Of a stretch of DNA of 55,724 nt, positions 40,168 to 49,638 are shown in pieces. The notes beneath the pieces were generated by a model. It was not told the DNA's origin. It ran no database searches and saw nothing but the letters and a program-made list of their open reading frames with translations. The translations under genes were made by a program, and so were the position numbers. This DNA is from a virus (Duplodnaviria; Caudoviricetes), in the IMG/VR virus record IMGVR_UViG_3300014822_000096, positions 1 through 55,724 of that record. One strand, 5' to 3'. How positions within the stretch are numbered: the first letter of the stretch is position 1; each line of letters begins with the position of its first letter.

Positions 40168-42909
40168 TGTGCCAGGCCTCGCGGTCCGTTGCGTCTCCTC
40201 AATCCTACCCTTGGCACGGACTGCGAGCAACTTGTAGTCCAGCTCAGGGCAGAACGTCTGAACGCCCATAGCCGCACTGTTCGACCGTGGCGACGACTTC
40301 GCGCTGATGTTCGGATCAATGCCCGTCGCCGTCAACGGAGCGTCCCACGTGCCCGATCCGTCGACGACGCTGCCCACTGACGTGTTCCCCTGGGCCATCG
40401 GCGTGCCCACCACAGACGCCGATGTCTTGTCGCCCTCATAGAACAGACCCTGAAACTTGGCGTCCACCGACCCCGCCGCAGCGCCCCCCACATCCGTGAA
40501 CGCAGCCTGGATGCTCTCCACCTTCTTGATCCGCATGTGGTCATTGTCCTCCAGCGTCACCCTCTCGTTCACCTGCACAGGCAACGCTGGAGACACCACG
40601 CGACACACCACAGGATTGAACCCGATGCGGTCCCCCCCTCCCACAGCAGAGGGGTCTGCCACCGTCAGCGTCGTCCCATTCACGCGTGCCGTGACCGTCG
40701 TCGATCCGCCGATTCGAGACGGCGTCGCCGAGTCGAGCACATAGACCTTCAGCCCCACCACAGCGTCAGTCGAGATCGAGTCCGCAATCGTGATGTTGGA
40801 CCCATTCACCGCGCTGACCGTGGTCCTGAGCACATCCAGACCCTCATCCAGCCACTGTGACTGAGCCTTCGATCGGTCCACATCCCAAACATACACCGTA
40901 TACGTGCCCGTCGAACCCGATCCCGAGTTCCGCAGCGCAAGCGCACGATCCACCAGCGGAGAAGTGTCGTCGCCGATGAGTCTGTGCGTCGTTCCACGCA
41001 CGATCGTGGTGAACCCCATGTCCTCATATTCCACGATCCTGCCCGTGTTCAGCCACAACGCAGCGCCGTCCTGCGTCTGTGTGTTCACGATGAAGACAGC
41101 GTTCGCCACGGGGTCATACGCCATTCTGATCTTGTCCAGCGAACCCTGCCAACGCCTCCGAATCACCTCGTTCATGTTGGCGACATCCCTGAGGGCGCCG
41201 GAGGCATCGACCACCTTCAGCCCATTCTCGCTCATGTAGTACACGAGCGTGCCCGTAGCAGCGCTGGCGCCGGCTGACGTTATCCCGAATCCCTCATGCG
41301 CCGGCGTCACGTCGAGCAGGAACCCCTCCCTCTTGATGAAGTAAATCCTCGTCTTCGCCAAGCCTATGACGATGTCGCCCAACCGCACGAGCTCAACAAT
41401 CTCATCCGAAATGCTCTCAGGCACGTAGATGTTCGCCACGGGGAACGCTTCGGAGTTGCGATCCTCGAACGACGACCACATCAACGCGCCTGAGTCGAGC
41501 CCGAACTTCGTTGTGTCCACGTCCTTCGGGTCGAGCGTCGTTGCCACATTAGGATCGCCCTTGATCCGAGACACCAACAGAGTCCCGTCGTATCCCACAC
41601 ATTCACCGCCACGCGGCGGCTCCAGCAGAAACTGCCTCGTCTCGTCAAGCACTGCCGACAACGCCAGCGACGCATCGCTCTTCTCGTAATAAATCGCCGA
41701 GATTTCCTGACCCGAAGCCTTCCCAAATGTCGCCCCACTATTGGACGCGACCACCGCATTCTTGAGGTCATAAATGCCGTCCAGGAACAGAGTCGATGAC
41801 GTGAACGTTGCGTCCTGCAGCAACGCCGATCCAGGCTCGATCGAACGAAAGAGCATCACGGAATCCCAATCATCAGGATCATACGAAATGACGAAGTAGA
41901 ACACGCTGTTTATCGGCGAACCGTCATCGTTATTCCATGCGACATCGTTGCTGGTGACCGTGATCTTGTTGGACAGCGGACTCTTCCTGCCCGTCCGTGA
42001 GTCGAGCATGGCGAACGCGAACGTATAGGTCCCCACGGGCACTGAGCCCTTCTTGGGCGATCCGCTCATGGCGTCCACCAGACCATCGATGTCCTCCGTG
42101 TTCTGATATCCCTCCGTAACCCACGGCCCAGAGAAACTCGGATCAGCAGGAATCGCAGACTGACCGTCCGACGTAAGCTCATACACATTCACCGCATCGG
42201 GCCCGATGACGGACAGTCTTGCGAACGGTGGGTCTTTCTGCGTCGTTGAATCAAAACGCACGTGTCCCCAGAATGTCTTGCCCTTATAGTCCAGCGTCGG
42301 TCTTGGGCCAACGCCCACGGAAACCGTTCCGTTCGGTCCGCCTGCAAGCGTGTGCGACAAAACGCCAGCGCCGTCCACATCGAATCGCAAGATCGTGATC
42401 TGCCGTCCACGTATCCCTATGAACAACTTCCGATCGAGCGTCGTTGCGTCCCACGGCTGCGTTTCATCGACGCCGAAGTCAGCCTCGATGGTCAGGTTCT
42501 GGCTGGCGTCGGACCCCTTCCATGCGCGCACCCACACGTTGTCCCGAGAACCAGCAGGCTTGCTCGGACTATGCGTCCGCACGACCACCCCGTACACCTC
42601 ATCGTTCTCCCCTGCGCGCATCACGAACGACCGCATATCCGTAATCGTGTAGTCGTTCGGAGGTCCTGCCGTTCCGCCGTCCCACGACGATGCTCCAGTC
42701 GGCAGCGTGATCGTGATCGCCTTCTTCCACCCAGGCGCAGGCCGCAGATGTCCCTCCGTAGACCCGTCCCATCCGGTCAACTCTGCGACCACCTGATCTC
42801 CGTCACGTGTCCGCCACGGAGCCCCTGCGCGGGACAGCGAGCCAGCCACACGCAACCGTGTCGTGGGCATCGTCCATTCCGATCGCAGGCCAAGGTGCTC
42901 AACCGACAA
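40165..42909 (-). CDS. tail nozzle/tubular protein B-like
   Basis: 914 aa, beta-rich, downstream of the adaptor; synteny. Confidence 0.55.
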   Translation of the reverse strand: MSVEHLGLRSEWTMPTTRLRVAGSLSRAGAPWRTRDGDQVVAELTGWDGSTEGHLRPAPGWKKAITITLPTGASSWDGGTAGPPNDYTITDMRSFVMRAGENDEVYGVVVRTHSPSKPAGSRDNVWVRAWKGSDASQNLTIEADFGVDETQPWDATTLDRKLFIGIRGRQITILRFDVDGAGVLSHTLAGGPNGTVSVGVGPRPTLDYKGKTFWGHVRFDSTTQKDPPFARLSVIGPDAVNVYELTSDGQSAIPADPSFSGPWVTEGYQNTEDIDGLVDAMSGSPKKGSVPVGTYTFAFAMLDSRTGRKSPLSNKITVTSNDVAWNNDDGSPINSVFYFVISYDPDDWDSVMLFRSIEPGSALLQDATFTSSTLFLDGIYDLKNAVVASNSGATFGKASGQEISAIYYEKSDASLALSAVLDETRQFLLEPPRGGECVGYDGTLLVSRIKGDPNVATTLDPKDVDTTKFGLDSGALMWSSFEDRNSEAFPVANIYVPESISDEIVELVRLGDIVIGLAKTRIYFIKREGFLLDVTPAHEGFGITSAGASAATGTLVYYMSENGLKVVDASGALRDVANMNEVIRRRWQGSLDKIRMAYDPVANAVFIVNTQTQDGAALWLNTGRIVEYEDMGFTTIVRGTTHRLIGDDTSPLVDRALALRNSGSGSTGTYTVYVWDVDRSKAQSQWLDEGLDVLRTTVSAVNGSNITIADSISTDAVVGLKVYVLDSATPSRIGGSTTVTARVNGTTLTVADPSAVGGGDRIGFNPVVCRVVSPALPVQVNERVTLEDNDHMRIKKVESIQAAFTDVGGAAAGSVDAKFQGLFYEGDKTSASVVGTPMAQGNTSVGSVVDGSGTWDAPLTATGIDPNISAKSSPRSNSAAMGVQTFCPELDYKLLAVRAKGRIEETQRTARPGT

Positions 42910-43117
42910 GCTTTTCGTCTCCCAATCGCTCGTCAGGCGACCACAGCAGCATCGCCCTCATCCCATTCAAGTCCTCAGCTCCTGGCGTTCTCACACGCAG
43001 CCCAAACGCGTCTCGCAGCGTGTCCAGGCTCGCCACCATCACCGGCCGCGCCGACGCCTTACGGAACCGTATACGATCCCTCGACCGATCAGCGTCATCG
43101 TCGTTCACGATGGCCAT
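42899..43117 (-). CDS. hypothetical protein
   Basis: overlaps both neighbours; GGAGG RBS. Confidence 0.55.
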   Translation of the reverse strand: MAIVNDDDADRSRDRIRFRKASARPVMVASLDTLRDAFGLRVRTPGAEDLNGMRAMLLWSPDERLGDEKLVG

Positions 43118-44037
43118 ACTGTCAGCGCCTCCACATTCCGCGAGTCATCCCTCGTGAAGTGATCGTGCAACACACCATCCATGTTCGTCACCCTATCCGA
43201 AACCGCCTTCGCCGCAGACGCGAACAGCCGTGAATGCTGCCGTTCGAACTTCTCAGACCTGCCCAACGCCACGCCCCAGCTCACAGCAGCAGCCTGCTTC
43301 ACCGCCTCCGCCGCATGCGAAAACTCCATCGGCGCAATCTCATATTTGATCCCCCCTCCCACAGCAGTGGTCATGGCATTCCTCACCGTCAACGTTGCTG
43401 TGCCCGCGTTGTAGTTATTCGACTGCGCCGTGATGATCCGTTCCTCCCACACGCCCGTCGCTCCATTGAGGATGCGGAGATAGCAGCCCAGATACGCGTT
43501 CTCACGCCGATCGAACAGGCCCAGCGAGGGACTCATGGTCGCCTTGAACGTGGTCGATGTCAATACCTCACCCAGATTGTTCGTCCCGTCGTGGTAGTGC
43601 ACCCACACATCGCCAGTCGGTATGTACCACAACTCCACATCGGAAACATCGGCTGTGGGAGGGGGGTCGAACCGCAACATCGAGCCTTCCAACCGCCACA
43701 CCGGCGACGATGCGCTGCGTATTGTGCGGTGGTCCACCTCACCGACGATGACTCTCGGTCCCGTCTTCGACATGAGGTAGATGCCTCGCACCTCACCGAC
43801 GTTGGGCGGCAACTGGTAGTCTGCCTGATCCTTATTGAGAGCGAGCGGCATCCGCATGACGACTGGAGCCGACGAGACCATCTGCACCATCGACCATGTG
43901 CTGGCGATGGCGGGCTGCACGAACTTGTTGACGATGTCCTGCGGCGTGTACTTGCCCTGCCCAAACGCCTCGTCGAAGTGATCGGCGAGCCCGTCGAGAA
44001 TGCTCCAGAGGATCGAGCCTGTGCTGTGCATGGTCAA
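43105..44037 (-). CDS. head-tail adaptor-like protein
   Basis: QADYQLPPNV and LRFDPPP...VELWY pattern; synteny. Confidence 0.55.
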   Translation of the reverse strand: MTMHSTGSILWSILDGLADHFDEAFGQGKYTPQDIVNKFVQPAIASTWSMVQMVSSAPVVMRMPLALNKDQADYQLPPNVGEVRGIYLMSKTGPRVIVGEVDHRTIRSASSPVWRLEGSMLRFDPPPTADVSDVELWYIPTGDVWVHYHDGTNNLGEVLTSTTFKATMSPSLGLFDRRENAYLGCYLRILNGATGVWEERIITAQSNNYNAGTATLTVRNAMTTAVGGGIKYEIAPMEFSHAAEAVKQAAAVSWGVALGRSEKFERQHSRLFASAAKAVSDRVTNMDGVLHDHFTRDDSRNVEALTVWPS

Positions 44038-44047
44038 ATCCCCGCCG

Positions 44048-44644
44048 TCACACGCCTCGTGACTTGAGGCCGCGCTTCACGGTGTCTTCCACCTCTTCGG
44101 TTCGCTCATGCTCAGCCGAGATGGCGACCTGACCCCGCTCCAGGATGTACGCAGCCTCCTCGGCGCCCTTCTTCCGCATGTGCTTGGCAAGACTCATGCG
44201 ATACTCCCTCCGCGCGTCACGGTCCGCCTGCTCACGCTTGGCCTTCTCCACGATGCGCCGAGACACCTCCTCCGCATGATGATGCGCAGGTCGCAGCCGG
44301 TTCAGCATCACGCTCATGGAGGGCACATTGCCTGCTCCGCCTCTGTTCAGCGACCCATTGAAGAACCACAGCGGCGTGACATATCGACGCCACACGGAGT
44401 CGCGACGCCACATGCCCAGGACCCACTGACCCGTTTCCCGCACGATGAACATGTCCAAGTCGCGCCACCACCGCAGACCCGCCCTGCGACACGTCTGCCG
44501 GAGCACGTCCAACCAGCGACACCTCGCGACTCTGAGATGACTCTCTGGGTGGAAGACGTGGAAGTCCATGCCCTTCCTGTCCTGTGTGGCGTCATGGTCC
44601 CAGCGCATGCCCAAGTATACACGAACCCCGCCCCCACCGTCCAC
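44048..44644 (-). CDS. hypothetical protein
   Basis: ORF downstream of the capsid gene. Confidence 0.6.
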   Translation of the reverse strand: MDGGGGVRVYLGMRWDHDATQDRKGMDFHVFHPESHLRVARCRWLDVLRQTCRRAGLRWWRDLDMFIVRETGQWVLGMWRRDSVWRRYVTPLWFFNGSLNRGGAGNVPSMSVMLNRLRPAHHHAEEVSRRIVEKAKREQADRDARREYRMSLAKHMRKKGAEEAAYILERGQVAISAEHERTEEVEDTVKRGLKSRGV

Positions 44645-44652
44645 GGCGCATG

Positions 44653-44684
44653 AGAAACGGGCGTGCAGTTACCCACACGCCCGT
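44653..44684 (-). terminator. probable terminator after the capsid gene
   Basis: ACGGGCGTG/CACGCCCGT stem followed by TTCT on the minus strand. Confidence 0.45.
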
Positions 44685-44757
44685 CAGGGGATGCGTGACG
44701 CCTACGCGGCGTCCCGAGGTCCGCACTTACCTCGGCTGGCGGCGGCTGTGCCCCGCG

Positions 44758-46329
44758 TTACACCGACGCCAGAAGCACGTTGTCGGTCACGCCTTCGAGC
44801 ACCATGCCAGGAATCTGCACAGTCGGGCGCATCTGCATGATGATCTCGCCAGGAATCTGTGCAGCCTTGTAGAACGAACTTCCGGTCCCCGTCGGCAGCG
44901 GAAGCAGGATGCTGTCCGTGCCGGTGACCGCAGGCGCCCAGAAGTCCAGCGGAATCTTGGCGTTCGGGTTGAGCCGACCGTCGCCGCGCCGCACGCCGGC
45001 GGGCTGCGGCAGCGTCATGATGGACCAGTTCGGACCGCCGCGGATGCCGAGTACGACGCCAGACTCCAGGAAGTCGCTCGTGAACCCGCGCACGCGGCCC
45101 ATAGCGGTCTGAATCTCGAAGCCTTCCGTGAGTCCCAGACCAGTCAGCGCGCCGGGCCTGTTCGTCCGGTCGATCTCCGAGAACGCCTGTCGACCCGAGA
45201 ACGTTCGCAGCCAGATGCCCGGCGCAGCGATCAGCGTGTCGATCGTGTTCCCGTATCGCCGCAGACCCCGCCTCGCCGTCTCGAACGCACGAAGCAGCGA
45301 AGTCTCCGTCGCAGGACCGAAGTTCGAGCTGTGGAAGGACTTGAACTGCGTGTGATCCGTCACGTCGATGAACCGCGTCGCCGAAGCAGCGCTACCAAGG
45401 AGCCGCTTATCGGCGTCCGTGGCGCCGCCCCACTTGAGCCAGTCGCGCCAGCCATACAGCCCATCGAACGTGGCGCCGTCGCCGGAGATTTGCTTCGAGA
45501 GAACCACGTAGTCCGTGGACGCGATGTTCGCAGCCCACGTCGCGAAGGTCGTCGAAGCACCACCGACAGTAGTCTCCTCGAAGACGAGCGTGACCTTGTT
45601 CTCGAAGATGTCCACACTCTGCACGAATCCGATCGCAGGATCGTTGGCGTTGCCCGACCTGACCGCATTCGCAGAGGTCCTGATCTCCACAGCCACGCCC
45701 GCGTCGCCGTAGCGAGCCGCAGCGCCGTTGGGCGGTGAGAACGTGACCGTTTTCGCGCTGTTGTCGGTCGTAAAGCCCGTCCCGATGTCCGACAGCTTGA
45801 ACCGCTTCTCACGATCCGCATACCAGGAGAACGCGATCTTGTGGTCCAGATGCCTCGCGAAACCGTTGAACAGATCGGCGAGCTGCGTGGCGATGTTGGC
45901 CGAAAGCGCATCCTGACGAAGCAGCGCCAGCGGAATGGGGAGATTGGAGTCGATGGCGTACATGTCGCCTTCGATCTGGTAGAAGTTCTGCATGGCGCTG
46001 CGAAGCGGATCGGGCGACGCCTGCTGCAGAGTCTGACGAAGAATCCTGCTCGACACAGTGACGCCAGGATCACCGCCCAGCGTCGCATACGCAGGCGTTG
46101 TCGCCGCAGCGCCTTCGAACACACCGGCGAACGCCCCAGTGTACGTCTCGATCCACTTCAGGTTCCGGCCGATGCCCGCCTCCCGATCGCCCATGACGCG
46201 AGCAGGCTGCAGCACAATGTCCCGAAACACCTCATCCGTCTGCGCAAGGAATCGCTTGGCAGACGATCCGATGAGTTCCTGAACCACGTCCTTACGCAGC
46301 TCAAGGAACTGTCCAGTTTGAACCGGCAT
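44758..46329 (-). CDS. major capsid protein
   Basis: 523 aa; order terminase-portal-scaffold-this gene; GAGGTG RBS. Confidence 0.65.
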   Translation of the reverse strand: MPVQTGQFLELRKDVVQELIGSSAKRFLAQTDEVFRDIVLQPARVMGDREAGIGRNLKWIETYTGAFAGVFEGAAATTPAYATLGGDPGVTVSSRILRQTLQQASPDPLRSAMQNFYQIEGDMYAIDSNLPIPLALLRQDALSANIATQLADLFNGFARHLDHKIAFSWYADREKRFKLSDIGTGFTTDNSAKTVTFSPPNGAAARYGDAGVAVEIRTSANAVRSGNANDPAIGFVQSVDIFENKVTLVFEETTVGGASTTFATWAANIASTDYVVLSKQISGDGATFDGLYGWRDWLKWGGATDADKRLLGSAASATRFIDVTDHTQFKSFHSSNFGPATETSLLRAFETARRGLRRYGNTIDTLIAAPGIWLRTFSGRQAFSEIDRTNRPGALTGLGLTEGFEIQTAMGRVRGFTSDFLESGVVLGIRGGPNWSIMTLPQPAGVRRGDGRLNPNAKIPLDFWAPAVTGTDSILLPLPTGTGSSFYKAAQIPGEIIMQMRPTVQIPGMVLEGVTDNVLLASV

Positions 46330-46402
46330 GGTTCACCTCTCTTGACCTACGGCTCTACAGCCCAGGCCCATGTGTCGTGTTCATGCGGACGCCGTCACGC
46401 CA

Positions 46403-47443
46403 TCACACCGACATCTGCTCCCGCTGAGCTCTTGCGAGCTCCTGCAGGATTCTGTCCCGCATGTATTCGCGCTGGCGAATGTCCAGCTCGTTCGGCGGGA
46501 CTTCCTTCGGGTCAGGAGGCGTGATCTCCTTGTCCGCGATTTCGAGAAGTGAATCCTCTCCGTCGCCAGCGAACGTCGCACGACCGAGCAGGTCGGGATC
46601 GCCGCCAAGCGCACGGGCCTTATTCAGCACACTCTCCGCAGCTTCACGCACTGCGGGTCCGATCCAGTCAATGTCAAACACCTCCTCCTCAGCCTTCTTC
46701 TTCTCCAGAATGCGGTTCGCCTCGACCATGATGTCGCTTGCAAGAACCGCCTGCGCCTTCTCGGCGGCCCCCTTGCCCCTGATCCTCTCGTTCACGGAGA
46801 GCAGTTTCTTGAGCCCCTCGTGCTTGTCGAATATCCCCTCAACATTCTCCTTGAACATCTTCTGCAGCGACTGCCGCTGCAGATCGATCAGCCTCTTCAG
46901 ACTCTCCTCGTACTCCTTGGGCAGGGACCCCCCTCCCACAGCAGGGTTGGCGGCGGGGTTGGCGGCGGGATTGGCGACGCCATTGACGGCACCGTTGACG
47001 GAAGTCGGCGGCGTCTCTGCTGGGACTCCTGCGCCGGAGGGCGGCTGAGACTGCGGTTGGCCTACCTCTTGACTCATGACTCTGGCGACCTCCTGCTCGA
47101 TGGACTGCGGGTCCCACCCCGCCAGCGAAAGGGCTGCCCTGTATGACCGCTCGATCTGCTTCGGGTCTGCGGACGCAGCCTGATCTGGACTCGGGAACAG
47201 CGATCGCACCGTCCGTTCGAGCTGCTCAGCCTTCTGCGCACGCTCAAGCAGCTCCGCCACCGTGTACGACTTCCCACCTACGACGACCGGCACGTCCAGA
47301 TTGATGGGGCCCGTGGACGCACCGCCGCTGCCCGCAGAGCCGGACGACGCCGCAGTGGACGCAGGAGCCGTCGCAGGCGCAGTGTTGGCAGTCTGCGCAG
47401 GATCGACTGCAGTCTGTTCAGACGTGATCTGTTCGTCGGCCAT
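46403..47443 (-). CDS. capsid scaffolding protein
   Basis: low-complexity N-terminus, PVVVGGKSYTVAELL, charged helices; synteny. Confidence 0.65.
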   Translation of the reverse strand: MADEQITSEQTAVDPAQTANTAPATAPASTAASSGSAGSGGASTGPINLDVPVVVGGKSYTVAELLERAQKAEQLERTVRSLFPSPDQAASADPKQIERSYRAALSLAGWDPQSIEQEVARVMSQEVGQPQSQPPSGAGVPAETPPTSVNGAVNGVANPAANPAANPAVGGGSLPKEYEESLKRLIDLQRQSLQKMFKENVEGIFDKHEGLKKLLSVNERIRGKGAAEKAQAVLASDIMVEANRILEKKKAEEEVFDIDWIGPAVREAAESVLNKARALGGDPDLLGRATFAGDGEDSLLEIADKEITPPDPKEVPPNELDIRQREYMRDRILQELARAQREQMSV

Positions 47444-47481
47444 ACGGTCCTCCTGTCATCATCCCCAGTCACATCCCCAGT

Positions 47482-47510
47482 ATAGTACCCCGCAATCCTC
47501 GACCATGCAA
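47482..47510 (-). promoter_or_regulatory. possible sigma70-type promoter for scaffold and capsid
   Basis: TTGCAT-17 nt-TACTAT on the minus strand. Confidence 0.4.
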
Positions 47511-47523
47511 GTCCACGAAAGTC

Positions 47524-49536
47524 TCACTGCGGACCAGGCAACGCTCCCTGCGGACCAGCGGCGACTGCGGCTAGTTCATCGGCCTCTGGAACCTGCGGCG
47601 GCAGAATCGGTTGCAACTGCCTCACCAGCAGATCACGCCAGTCCAGAAATGCATTGATGATCCGCGGATCGGCGGCTCGCATGACTGGGCTGCCCAGCAA
47701 TGCGTCTAGCTCCATGAGCTGCAGACCAGGCAGCTCCAGATGCTGTCCCACGAAAATCTGGGCTCCCCGTTGACCGTCGCCGTATAGCGCAAGAGCGTTC
47801 TGCACGAACATCTCGTGGGCGCTCTTCTCGGATTCCATCCACATGGCCCAGTCGATGCCCTCGTTGACGGCGTGCAGCAGGAACCGCTCAGGAGACGAGA
47901 TGCCAGCCTGCAGCAGCGTCAACGCCTCCTGCTTACGAATGGCGTCGGACCGTGATGTCTCCTGACGCACAGAGATCGCGACGCGATCGGGATCGGGCAG
48001 CGAGTTCTCCGTGAATCGAATCTCCTGCCGATCGAAGTCGATCACGGCTCCAAGCAAGCCCAGCGACAACTCCTTGATGGGAATGGCGTTGATGGAGCCG
48101 GACAGAATCAACTCGCGAACAGTCTGCGACAACGCCCATCGGTAGAACCCCTTGAACACGTCCACGTAGCTGCGGAACGCAGGCGTCAGTGACTGCTTGC
48201 CACGCTCATCCAGGAACTGCAGACCCGACAGCGAGTCCACGCGTCCCTTGTCCCGCAGGATGTTGGAGATGGGCGACACTTCCTGCATGGCCTGCTTCAG
48301 GAACGCTGCGGTGCGGCCAGGAGTCTCACCTGCGTTGACGGGCTGGAGCACGATCGGGTTGAAGGTCTGCCCGCTCATGGTCAGCTTCGGATCGGTGCTG
48401 GCCATGATGAACTGCATCTTGCGTCCGTCGTCCTCAGCAAGCGTCCTCTTGTTGACAACGCCTTGCGGGATCAGGACCACGGGATATTGATCGGCGTCGC
48501 GGACGTTCTGGATCAGGTCCTCCATGAACTTCTCGAACTCACGCACATACGAGAAGAGCATGTCGAACATGCCTGCGCCGTAGGGATCGCCGGTGTCGAT
48601 AAACGACCGCCACGTCAACGGACACCGCACAGCCGCGCCGATCTCAGTGAAGTCCTGATCCTCGATGAGCGCAGAGCCCGACACGATCATGTACCGCGAG
48701 CACGCGCCGTCCTCAGCCTCCCAGAGCCACAGCTCGCGAATCTTGACGACGGACTCGACCAACTTCTCTGGATCGGCGACAGCCGTCTTCTGGAACGCAC
48801 GACCACGCCTGTCGAAGATCAGGTTGGAGCCGCCGGAGAGCGCCTCATCGATGCTGTCGCCAGGCATCAGACTGAACACGTCCATCAATGGCAGCAGCCG
48901 ATTGATCGCCCTCGCTCCGAACCTCTCACGGAGCCACGACACCGTGACTATCCGCTGTCGGACAACGCCCTGCTGCGTCGTGTAGTCCGTGGAGATCGAC
49001 GGCCACGGAAACACGTTCATGGGATGGACGACCTCGGGATGCCCGCTCAAACCGCCGCGCGGCGTGTTGGCCATGTGTCCATGCACAGCCACGCTGCCGT
49101 AGTACGTGAGAATGTGGGCAATCTTGCGACGTGCCGTCTCAAGGACAGACGTGTCCGTAATGGAGTCCAGGATGACCTGCGCGGTGGCGGCGTCCCTGAT
49201 GGATTGCAACGACGAGCCCACGCGCGACGTGACTGGTCGAACGTCGAGGCTCGCCAGCATCCCCTGCACCTCGTTCACTTGGGCCAGCAGATCACTGAGA
49301 GCGAGGGGTAGTCTGCCCTTCCGCTTGTCATCGTCTGCCAAGTGCAACACCGTCACGTCGCCTGTGGCGAAGTTCGGCTTCACGAACCGCCGCACACCAT
49401 TCAGGTACGCATGAGCCACACGCCACCGCAGTTTGCGCGGACCAAGGCGGGATTCAGCAAAGTCCGCATGACTGGAGACAAGAGCGGCCTTGTCCCTCGG
49501 ATCGTCAGGGAACTCGAATGTCAAGCCTGTGGTCAC
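47524..49536 (-). CDS. portal protein
   Basis: 670 aa directly after terL; size and synteny. Confidence 0.7.
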   Translation of the reverse strand: MTTGLTFEFPDDPRDKAALVSSHADFAESRLGPRKLRWRVAHAYLNGVRRFVKPNFATGDVTVLHLADDDKRKGRLPLALSDLLAQVNEVQGMLASLDVRPVTSRVGSSLQSIRDAATAQVILDSITDTSVLETARRKIAHILTYYGSVAVHGHMANTPRGGLSGHPEVVHPMNVFPWPSISTDYTTQQGVVRQRIVTVSWLRERFGARAINRLLPLMDVFSLMPGDSIDEALSGGSNLIFDRRGRAFQKTAVADPEKLVESVVKIRELWLWEAEDGACSRYMIVSGSALIEDQDFTEIGAAVRCPLTWRSFIDTGDPYGAGMFDMLFSYVREFEKFMEDLIQNVRDADQYPVVLIPQGVVNKRTLAEDDGRKMQFIMASTDPKLTMSGQTFNPIVLQPVNAGETPGRTAAFLKQAMQEVSPISNILRDKGRVDSLSGLQFLDERGKQSLTPAFRSYVDVFKGFYRWALSQTVRELILSGSINAIPIKELSLGLLGAVIDFDRQEIRFTENSLPDPDRVAISVRQETSRSDAIRKQEALTLLQAGISSPERFLLHAVNEGIDWAMWMESEKSAHEMFVQNALALYGDGQRGAQIFVGQHLELPGLQLMELDALLGSPVMRAADPRIINAFLDWRDLLVRQLQPILPPQVPEADELAAVAAGPQGALPGPQ

Positions 49537-49638
49537 GTGAGCCCCTTGCCCGAGCGCGTCTCGGCTGTGGACCCCCCTCCCACAGCAGTCCAGTCGGCAG
49601 TCCCCGCAGAGGCTCCAGACCGGAGGGCGGGAGGGGGA

